From an uncultured Clostridia bacterium (GTDB taxonomy: Bacteria; Bacillota; Clostridia; Christensenellales; UBA1242): a stretch of 64,000 nucleotides of DNA. The stretch spans positions 3,087 through 67,086 of the forward strand of contig CALWTL010000002.1 of assembly GCA_944384445.1 (NCBI GenBank), given 5' to 3'. The notes below the pieces were generated by a model. The model did no database searches. It worked only from the letters and a program-made list of their open reading frames with translations, and had not been told where the DNA came from. Both the position numbers and the translations under genes were made by a program. How positions within the stretch are numbered: position 1 is the first letter of the stretch; every line of letters begins with the position of its first letter. This document shows, in pieces, positions 10,285 to 17,879 of the stretch.

Positions 10285-11171
10285 TTTTTTTCTCCTTTTA
10301 TTTTATTATAAATCTGAATTATTTTATCTAAACGATATTTTATTCCAGCTCTACTTATTTTGTTGTTTAAAACTGTTCTTAGGTCACTTAAAGATATATC
10401 AGGATTAGCAATTCTTGCTAAAGCAACTTCTTTAAGATTTTCATCTAAAATATCTAGTGAATAATTGTTCATTATATAATTTATTGCATTTAATTGTATA
10501 CTACTTGCGTCAATAATTTTATCTAAATTAGATTCAAAACAATTATTTTGTCTATTTGCACTATTTCTCATCTCACGCATAGCAAGATTATTTTGAATAT
10601 CTAAAGCTGTTTTAACGTCCGAAAATTTTACAAATATATCACAGATAGTATTGCTATTTTTTGTATAAATAACAAAATAATTTGAACGCTTTATTTTTTT
10701 TAGTTTTAAACCAAATTCAAAAAATATATTTAAAATAGAATCAGCTATGTCTTCATCTTTGATTACAATTTCAAAATTATAACCTTTTGAATTTTTGTTA
10801 TTGTCTTGATTGTAATAAAAGTTTCCATTTGTTAAAAAAATTGATTTTAATATAGTCAATTTGTCACATTCATTTGTAAATAGATTAGGAGAGGAATGAC
10901 CATTTTCATCTATATTGCAATCTAACAATAGGTTATAAATATTACCTTTTAACAACAAAAAATTATCCCATCTATTAATTTCAATATTGGGGTAGAAGTT
11001 GTCAATTATTGAATTAACTTTATCCAAAATGTCTATTCTAGAATTAATAAGTATAGTTGAATTTTTTACATCTATATGAGATGAAGAATATAAAACAATA
11101 TTAATAAAACTTAGACTGCAACAAGTGTTGTCAGGTATGCTAGAAAGAATATTTGATTTGCAGTCATTCAT
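10281..11171 (-). CDS. whiA: DNA-binding protein WhiA
   Basis: 296 aa with a degenerate LAGLIDADG-like middle domain and a C-terminal HTH (SLSDLRTVLNNKISRAGIKYRLDKI). Its TGA overlaps the dnaE ATG (ATGA). Confidence 0.85.
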   Translation of the reverse strand: MNDCKSNILSSIPDNTCCSLSFINIVLYSSSHIDVKNSTILINSRIDILDKVNSIIDNFYPNIEINRWDNFLLLKGNIYNLLLDCNIDENGHSSPNLFTNECDKLTILKSIFLTNGNFYYNQDNNKNSKGYNFEIVIKDEDIADSILNIFFEFGLKLKKIKRSNYFVIYTKNSNTICDIFVKFSDVKTALDIQNNLAMREMRNSANRQNNCFESNLDKIIDASSIQLNAINYIMNNYSLDILDENLKEVALARIANPDISLSDLRTVLNNKISRAGIKYRLDKIIQIYNKIKGEKK

Positions 11172-11179
11172 AAATATTA

Positions 11180-11959
11180 TTAACTCCTTTTCTTTTGCTG
11201 TTTTTCTTTTTTAAAAGTAGGTAAATCATTATAATTTACAATAGCACTATCTGGTATACGCAACCTTAAAGCGGCTTCTAATCCTAAATGACATTCGCCA
11301 ACTCGTTTAGGTGAGTGAGCATCAGAATCAATAACAAATTTACAACCAAGATTATAACATGTAAGTATCTCTTCATCACTCATACCTAAACGTTTTCCAT
11401 TAAGTTCAATTAATGTATCAGTTTCTTTTGCAACTCTTGCAACTTTTTCTACATCAACTTTACATACATGGTTTAGATGAGTAATAATATCAATTTTATA
11501 TTTACGCATTGCGTTTATATATGCATTGGTATTTTTTTCACGTTGCTTTTTACTTGTATGATGAAACAATTCACATAAAATATTCTTTAAAACAAATCCA
11601 AATTGCTCACGAGCACTAGTAGATTTTACCAATCTATGAAAACCACATAATAAAATATCTAAATCATTATAATCAGATTCAATGATATCAATGTCGCCTT
11701 TACTAGAAATTAAATTTGCTTCTACACCTAATAAGACGTCAATAGGATAACGTTCTTTTGCCTCTTCTATATCTTTTTTGACATTAGGGATATCTTTTCT
11801 TCTAACACCATACATTTTTTGATTAAATCCATGGTCTGTGATGGCAATTTGTCTAAGTCCTTTTTCATAAGCAGCACGTACATTTTCATCAATTGTACCT
11901 TTTCCATGATGATTACGTGAATATTTAGTATGTGTATGATAATCAGCAAGTAATGCCAT
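11180..11959 (-). CDS. PHP-family metal-dependent phosphoesterase
   Basis: DYHTHTKYS...ITDHG...GFH...DSDAH, the histidinol-phosphatase/PHP motifs. Confidence 0.75.
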   Translation of the reverse strand: MALLADYHTHTKYSRNHHGKGTIDENVRAAYEKGLRQIAITDHGFNQKMYGVRRKDIPNVKKDIEEAKERYPIDVLLGVEANLISSKGDIDIIESDYNDLDILLCGFHRLVKSTSAREQFGFVLKNILCELFHHTSKKQREKNTNAYINAMRKYKIDIITHLNHVCKVDVEKVARVAKETDTLIELNGKRLGMSDEEILTCYNLGCKFVIDSDAHSPKRVGECHLGLEAALRLRIPDSAIVNYNDLPTFKKEKQQKKRS

Positions 11960-12067
11960 AATTTACTCCTTGCTGTTATTATATAACTACATAAAAAATA
12001 AGTCAACAATTTCAATTTTAATTGTTTTTCTAAAATAAGAAATAAGTATAATAATAAAAAAAATAAA

Positions 12068-12946
12068 TTAAAAAGGGACGTATTCGATTTCTAACTCAAA
12101 TTTTTGATTAAGCTGATTAAATACGTTAATATTTATATATTTTATCAAATCTAACACATCTTTTGATTTAGCATTGCCATTATTAATAATGAAACCGGCA
12201 TGTTTAATAGAAATTTCGGCACCACCGATTTTTTTCCCTTTCATTCCCAATTCATCAATTACTTTTGAAGGAATAAGATTTGAACGTTTGAAAATACTCC
12301 CTGCACTTAATTTGTTGGTAGGTTGGGTTGATGTTTTTTTCTTTAAAAATAAATTAATACGTTCAATGATTGAATTATGATTATCAAAACTAAGATTAAA
12401 CTTTATACGAGTAATAATATAATTATTATTTTTAAACAGACTCGTTCGGTATCCAAAATTGCATTCGTTTTTTTTTATTTTAATACGTTTTTTTAAGTTT
12501 GATTTTTTATAGCAAATTACATATTCAACCAAGTTAGAAAACTCATGTTCAAAAGCACCTAATGAATTTACAATTCCACCGCCAATTGTTGAAGGAATCC
12601 CTGCAAAATATTCAAATCCAGATAAATTTCTTTTCGTACATTCGCTAATAATATTGCTTAAAACCGCACCAGAATCAACATATAATGTATTGTTTTTAAA
12701 TAAAAAATGTTTGCTTCTATTTACAATTATAGCACCATTAAAACCTTTGTCATCAAATAATAAATTTGCACCCAATCCAATAACTTTATACTTTATATTG
12801 TGTATATGACAATACGAACACACTTTTAAAAGTGCATTTGTGGTGTAGGTTATAAATAAATGTTTTGCTTTGCCTCCAATTTTTATTGTGCAAAAATTTT
12901 TTAAATCGACATTCTTATAATAAATACAATCTCTAAAATTATTCAT
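12068..12946 (-). CDS. murB: UDP-N-acetylenolpyruvoylglucosamine reductase
   Basis: FAD-binding TIKIGGKAKHLF, GLGANLL and AGSIFK motifs. Start moved to ATG 12946, directly after the upstream TAG. The longer track ORF overlaps the upstream gene. Confidence 0.85.
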   Translation of the reverse strand: MNNFRDCIYYKNVDLKNFCTIKIGGKAKHLFITYTTNALLKVCSYCHIHNIKYKVIGLGANLLFDDKGFNGAIIVNRSKHFLFKNNTLYVDSGAVLSNIISECTKRNLSGFEYFAGIPSTIGGGIVNSLGAFEHEFSNLVEYVICYKKSNLKKRIKIKKNECNFGYRTSLFKNNNYIITRIKFNLSFDNHNSIIERINLFLKKKTSTQPTNKLSAGSIFKRSNLIPSKVIDELGMKGKKIGGAEISIKHAGFIINNGNAKSKDVLDLIKYININVFNQLNQKFELEIEYVPF

Positions 12947-12947
12947 A

Positions 12948-13859
12948 CTAAGAAAATACATTTGGAATTGAGCATTTAAATATTGCATTTTCCATATCAC
13001 TATATATTCCGTCTGAATAAATTTTGCCATATTTTACACTATATAACGCATATTTGTTTAGTTCTTTTTGATAATTATCACTTAATAACATTGATACAAA
13101 TTTTTGAGTAAAGTCATCTTTGTTAATAATACCAATGTATTGAATTAAATCTGTATAACTATCAACAGGTGTAATGCTAGCATTGGCTCGTCCAATTTTA
13201 TTTAAATTATTTACTCTAAAAACATCTCTACCTGTACCTAGCAAACATGAGTTATTATCATAAATGAATGATTTATATGCTTCATATTGAGTTTCTTTTT
13301 TAATTATATTTATGTCAAGGATAGAATATAAATTTTCTGGTTTTGTATAACCTGTAGTACCACAATGAAAATTTTCATTTAAAACGCCGTGAGTAATTAT
13401 TGAGTATCCACTTGCAATATACGGTAATGCATATATCGAATTATTAAAACTGCCACTAATTATTAGTTCATCTCGAATATCATAACTATATTCACTTGCG
13501 GTTAAATAAGGTAATATAATACTTCCAACACCATACCCAAAAGAAATAATATCAGGTGATGAATTATCTAATTCAAGAGATAAATTTTCAGCATTGATTT
13601 CTTTTATCATAAATAAAATACCATCATTTTTGCTTTCAATTTCATGAGCTACTTTTTTCAATAAATTAATTCTTGGTATTCCGCCACCTTCAAATGTTTC
13701 GATATGCCAAACTGTGTATATTTTTGTATTAATTTCAGGTTCCTTATATATTTCATAATCTTTTATTTTTTTTATAGCTACACTAAGAACATAAATTGCT
13801 AATATTAAAATTAATACTACATTTAATAACTTAAACCAATTTTTTTTCAACCATTTCAT
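12948..13859 (-). CDS. membrane-anchored extracytoplasmic protein of unknown function
   Basis: 303 aa, one N-terminal TM helix, then a soluble domain. Abuts murB. Confidence 0.5.
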   Translation of the reverse strand: MKWLKKNWFKLLNVVLILILAIYVLSVAIKKIKDYEIYKEPEINTKIYTVWHIETFEGGGIPRINLLKKVAHEIESKNDGILFMIKEINAENLSLELDNSSPDIISFGYGVGSIILPYLTASEYSYDIRDELIISGSFNNSIYALPYIASGYSIITHGVLNENFHCGTTGYTKPENLYSILDINIIKKETQYEAYKSFIYDNNSCLLGTGRDVFRVNNLNKIGRANASITPVDSYTDLIQYIGIINKDDFTQKFVSMLLSDNYQKELNKYALYSVKYGKIYSDGIYSDMENAIFKCSIPNVFS

Positions 13860-13920
13860 AAATAATTGTATGAAATAATATTATAAAATATTTTAAATAG
13901 TTAAAATAAATAAAAAAATA

Positions 13921-13929
13921 TGCTATAAT
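13921..13929 (+). promoter_or_regulatory. extended -10 element (TGcTATAAT) 6 nt upstream of the uvrC ATG
   Basis: TGCTATAAT at 13921-13929 and ATG at 13936, with no Shine-Dalgarno in between. Confidence 0.35.
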
Positions 13930-13935
13930 AACTTT

Positions 13936-15747
13936 ATGGATATTATTAAGGATAAGATTAAACGGCTTCCAAATGATGCTGGCGTATATATCATGAAGGA
14001 CAAAGATGAAAATGTAATTTATGTTGGAAAGGCAAAAAATTTAAAAAAACGTGTCAGCCAATATTTTTTACGAAAACAAGAACATATTAAAGTTAGAAAT
14101 ATGGTCAATAAAGTTGCAGATTTTGATTTTTTTGTCGTAAATGATGAGATAGAGGCACTTGCATTAGAAAATAACCTAATAAAAAAACATAAACCATATT
14201 ATAATATTCTTTTAAAAGATAGTAAGACATATGCTTATATTAAGATTAATACAAAAGAAGATTATCCACATTTTGAGATATCAAGGAAATTAAATAAAAA
14301 TGATAAATATTTTGGTCCGTTTATGGCAGGTGTGACGGCAAAAGATATTTTATCTATAATTGACTTTGCATTTCCTTTGCGTAAATGTAATTTGCAACTT
14401 GGAGAGAATAAAAAACCGATTAAACCATGTCTATTTTACGAAATGCATCTATGCAGTGCACCATGTGGTAAATTAATCAGCAAACAAAATTATTTAGACA
14501 TAGTAGATGATGCTATTAAATTTTTAAAAGGCGATACAAAACGTGTTGAAGAAATTTTAAAATCAAAAATGGAGTTAGCGTCAAAAAATGAAAATTATGA
14601 AACCGCTCTAATTTTACGTGATAGGTTAAAAATGTTAGATAAATTAAAATCAAGAGTTATAACCAGTCTTGGCAGTTTAGTTGACTATGATGTATTTAAC
14701 CTTGTGACAAGTGGAGAATTTTCTGCTATGTGTGTTTTAAACATACGTGGTGGGAAATTACAAGGAGTCAGAACTTTTGACATCTTAAATTATTTAGATG
14801 AAAGTGAGGCATATACTCAATTTATAATGCAATATTATACTACTAATCCATTAATTGTAGATGAGATTATAATGCCAAATGTTGATACAAAAGAAATTGA
14901 ATTATTTTTAATGGATAAATCAAAAAAGAAGATTGTTGTCACAAAACCAGTAATTGATAGTGTAAAATATCAACTATTAAATATTGCAGATAAAAATGCT
15001 CGTATACACATAGAAAAAAATCTTGATAAAACAATTAAAACAATAAACGAAAGCATAGGGGCGGTAAAACAATTAAAAAATGATTTATCTTTATCTCGAG
15101 AACCAAAACGAATTGAATGTTATGACATTTCTCATACTTATGGAACATATACAGTTGCTAGTATGTCTGTACTTATAAATGGCGAAAAGGCACCATCTAT
15201 GTATAGAAAATTTAAAATTGAAACAGTAAATTTCATTGATGACTTTGCTTCAATGAGAGAAGTATTATCAAGAAGAATGGAAAAACTGAATAGCGATGAT
15301 TTAAGTTTTTCAAGTGTGCCAGATTTAATAGTTATAGATGGCGGAAAAGGGCAACTAAGTATTGCAACCGAAGTAATGGAAAAATATGGATATAATCATG
15401 ATTTAATTAGTTTAGCAAAACGTGAAGAAGAAGTTTTTAAACCGCATGAAAGTCGACCATATATATTAAAAAAAGGCAGCTATTCATTACGTCTAATTCA
15501 ATTAGTGCGTGACGAAGCACACAGATTTGCTATAACTTTCAATAGACAATTGAGAGCAAAAGGAATGTTCAAAGGTGGGCTAGAATCAATTGACGGAGTA
15601 GGACCAAGTACACGTCGAGCACTTTTATTAAAGTTTAGGACAATTGAAAATATTAAGAATGCACCATTAAGTGAAATAGAGAACATTAAAGGCATGAATA
15701 AAACGACAGCAAAGAATATTTTTAATCATTTTAATAGTAAAAATTAG
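13936..15747 (+). CDS. uvrC: excinuclease ABC subunit C
   Basis: GIY-YIG (GVYIMKDKDENVIYVGKAKNLKKRV), UVR motif, Endo V-like domain and C-terminal (HhH)2. 603 aa. Confidence 0.95.
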   Translation: MDIIKDKIKRLPNDAGVYIMKDKDENVIYVGKAKNLKKRVSQYFLRKQEHIKVRNMVNKVADFDFFVVNDEIEALALENNLIKKHKPYYNILLKDSKTYAYIKINTKEDYPHFEISRKLNKNDKYFGPFMAGVTAKDILSIIDFAFPLRKCNLQLGENKKPIKPCLFYEMHLCSAPCGKLISKQNYLDIVDDAIKFLKGDTKRVEEILKSKMELASKNENYETALILRDRLKMLDKLKSRVITSLGSLVDYDVFNLVTSGEFSAMCVLNIRGGKLQGVRTFDILNYLDESEAYTQFIMQYYTTNPLIVDEIIMPNVDTKEIELFLMDKSKKKIVVTKPVIDSVKYQLLNIADKNARIHIEKNLDKTIKTINESIGAVKQLKNDLSLSREPKRIECYDISHTYGTYTVASMSVLINGEKAPSMYRKFKIETVNFIDDFASMREVLSRRMEKLNSDDLSFSSVPDLIVIDGGKGQLSIATEVMEKYGYNHDLISLAKREEEVFKPHESRPYILKKGSYSLRLIQLVRDEAHRFAITFNRQLRAKGMFKGGLESIDGVGPSTRRALLLKFRTIENIKNAPLSEIENIKGMNKTTAKNIFNHFNSKN

Positions 15748-15777
15748 CAATCGAATAAAAAGTTTGCTAATTTTTTT
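15744..15777 (+). terminator. intrinsic terminator after uvrC
   Basis: 7-bp arms TTAGCAA / TTGCTAA with a 13-nt loop, then TTTTTTT. Confidence 0.45.
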
Positions 15778-15797
15778 GAAAAATTATGCAATTTTAG

Positions 15798-15826
15798 TTG
15801 ACATTATGCATAAAAAGTAGTATCAT
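15798..15826 (+). promoter_or_regulatory. sigma-A promoter of the ctsR operon
   Basis: TTGACA (15798-15803), 17-nt spacer, TATCAT (15821-15826). Confidence 0.7.
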
Positions 15827-15835
15827 AGCAATGAA

Positions 15836-15852
15836 AGTCAAAGAAAGTCAAA
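15836..15852 (+). promoter_or_regulatory. CtsR operator (direct heptad repeat)
   Basis: AGTCAAA-GAA-AGTCAAA matches the published CtsR box RGTCAAA-NAN-RGTCAAA. It sits just downstream of the -10. Confidence 0.85.
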
Positions 15853-15939
15853 TTTTTATAAAAAAATTAAGGAATTAACAAACTAATGCAATATTAAGGA
15901 TAAAGATTTGAATATTTTGACTAAAAAGGAGGGTAAAGT

Positions 15940-16401
15940 GTGAATAAAAGTATTAGTGATGTTATAGAGCAATTCATAATGTCAAGTTTAGATGACAATG
16001 ACTTTATTGAATTATCTAGAAACGATTTAGCGAAATTTTTCTCATGTGTCCCTAGTCAGATTAACTATGTTTTGAATACAAGATTCACAATTAATCGTGG
16101 ATTTGTAATTGAGAGTCAACGTGGAGGTAGCGGATATATTAAACTTACTAGACTGCATGATAGTGACTCAAACTTTTTAAAAAATAGTTTACAATTATGT
16201 TCAAATCCAATGAGTATTGTAGAAGCAAATCAGTTAATTCAAACTATGTTTGACAAAAAATTAATAAACGAAAGGGAAGCTAATTTATTAAAATGCACAA
16301 TTAGTGCAAAAGCATTAAATAATCCTATAAACATTGATAATACTTTACGTTCAAACATTTTAAGTCAGGTTATAATAGAGTTATCTAAGAATGTTAAATA
16401 G
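15940..16401 (+). CDS. ctsR: class III stress-gene repressor CtsR
   Basis: SDVIEQFI...VPSQINYVLNTRFT..RGF.IESQRGGSGYIKL is a diagnostic CtsR sequence. GTG start after an AGGAGGG RBS. Confidence 0.9.
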   Translation: MNKSISDVIEQFIMSSLDDNDFIELSRNDLAKFFSCVPSQINYVLNTRFTINRGFVIESQRGGSGYIKLTRLHDSDSNFLKNSLQLCSNPMSIVEANQLIQTMFDKKLINEREANLLKCTISAKALNNPINIDNTLRSNILSQVIIELSKNVK

Positions 16402-16454
16402 CTTACTAAAATAGAAAATATTAAAATGAAAATAATAAAAAAAGGAGTATAATT

Positions 16455-16958
16455 ATGAGATGTGATAATTGTGGTAAACCTAGTGTATATCATTCTACTT
16501 TGATAGTAAATGGTGTTAGCCAAACAAGAAATTTATGTAGAGATTGTGCAATAAAAGAAGGAGTGTTCAATAGTGAGCCTTCAAGTTTATTTGATGATAT
16601 GTTTTCAGCATTTGCAGACTTTTTGCCATTTGAAAGAGTCGAAAATGTTGTATGTCCAGTTTGCAAAACAAGTTTAAGAGAATTCAAAACAACACAAAAA
16701 TTGGGTTGTCCAAATTGTTACGACGCATTTAGAGACGAAATTAGTGCAATTATTAAAAAAATAGCACCATTTGAATCTCATAAACAGGATAGTATAAAAT
16801 TAAAAGATTTTGATATAAAATCAAATGAAAAACAATCAAAAGCAGAAAAAATTGCAAATTTACGTCAGGACATGGCATTAGCTGTCAAAGAAGAAAGGTA
16901 TGAAGATGCTGCTAAGATAAAGAAACAAATTCAAAAATTGGAGAGTGAAAATGAATAA
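16455..16958 (+). CDS. mcsA: protein-arginine kinase activator McsA
   Basis: N-terminal CxxC pairs (CDNCG, CRDCA, CPVCK, CPNCY) and a C-terminal UVR-like EERYEDAAKIKKQI. Confidence 0.85.
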   Translation: MRCDNCGKPSVYHSTLIVNGVSQTRNLCRDCAIKEGVFNSEPSSLFDDMFSAFADFLPFERVENVVCPVCKTSLREFKTTQKLGCPNCYDAFRDEISAIIKKIAPFESHKQDSIKLKDFDIKSNEKQSKAEKIANLRQDMALAVKEERYEDAAKIKKQIQKLESENE

Positions 16959-17868
16959 TATAATTTTTACAAAAGCATCAATAGTTAGGAATTTAAAAGA
17001 TTATAAATTTGTTCCGAAACTAGAGGAAGAGAAAAAAGGTGAGATAGTTGATAAATTGTCATCAGCTCTAAAAGGAAGGTTAAGTGCGCTTAATCTCTCA
17101 ACTGCTGATAACAAAGTGATTGATTATTTAAAAAATAATGGATTATTTAATTCAAACTATCAAACAATTTTTGTCAGTGAAAAAGATAACATAAGTATTT
17201 CTTTGTTTAATGAAGAGCATTTAAATATTGTAGCGACCAGTATAGGATATGATAAAAATGTTAGTAAGAAGGTGTTGGATAACGCAAATTATCTAGCAAA
17301 CAAACTAAATTTTTCTTATAATGACCAATATGGATATTTAATGAGTAATTTAAATAATATTGGAACAGGTATCAAGTTAGAATGTTTAATTGCATTACCA
17401 GCATTATCTAAAATTGGTAAAATTGACCAAATTAAACGCAATGTAAGACAATTAGGTTATCAATTAAACGATGTGAAAAATTCTTCTGAAATATTTAAGT
17501 TATCGACAATTTGTAATTTAGGTTTTACTGAGAATGAAATTTGCAAGGAATTTGATAAAATGGTGTCTAAATTACAAGATTTAGAGATTGAAAGTTCAAA
17601 AATGTATGATGTTAGCAATCATGATGAGTTGTTAGATTCGTGCAATAGAAGTATGGCGATTTTAAAATCTGCAAATCTCATGAATTATTCTGAACTTGAA
17701 AATCATATCAAAAATTTACGTTTAGGTTTAAATTTGAATCTTGTTGATATATCATTGGAAAAAATTAATAACATGCAAAAATTATGCCTTAATAAAGATG
17801 TCAATTTTATATCAAAAAGTGAAATGTTAAATCTAGCAAAGGAAGTTAAAAATATTATTAATAAATAA
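16951..17868 (+). CDS. mcsB: McsB-like ATP:guanido phosphotransferase, short and motif-degenerate
   Basis: Lies between mcsA and clpC. NEEHLNI and NNIGTGIK align to the phosphagen-kinase fold. ATG 16951 follows GGAG by 7 nt. See finding on degenerate motifs. Confidence 0.7.
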   Translation: MNNIIFTKASIVRNLKDYKFVPKLEEEKKGEIVDKLSSALKGRLSALNLSTADNKVIDYLKNNGLFNSNYQTIFVSEKDNISISLFNEEHLNIVATSIGYDKNVSKKVLDNANYLANKLNFSYNDQYGYLMSNLNNIGTGIKLECLIALPALSKIGKIDQIKRNVRQLGYQLNDVKNSSEIFKLSTICNLGFTENEICKEFDKMVSKLQDLEIESSKMYDVSNHDELLDSCNRSMAILKSANLMNYSELENHIKNLRLGLNLNLVDISLEKINNMQKLCLNKDVNFISKSEMLNLAKEVKNIINK

Positions 17869-17879
17869 AAGGAGTGAAT

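Noticed and set aside
11767-12015. 82-aa ORF overlapping the 5' end of the PHP phosphoesterase gene. The long N-terminal extensions of the track ORFs for murB (to 13030) and the hydrolase (to 33317) are similar cases.
   Set aside because: They overlap better-supported genes in another frame or extend across neighbouring genes. Internal ATGs give family-typical N-termini.
14262-14270. Perfect DnaA box TTATCCACA.
   Set aside because: It is a single copy inside the uvrC coding sequence, with no cluster, no AT-rich unwinding element context and no dnaA or dnaN nearby. This is not an origin.
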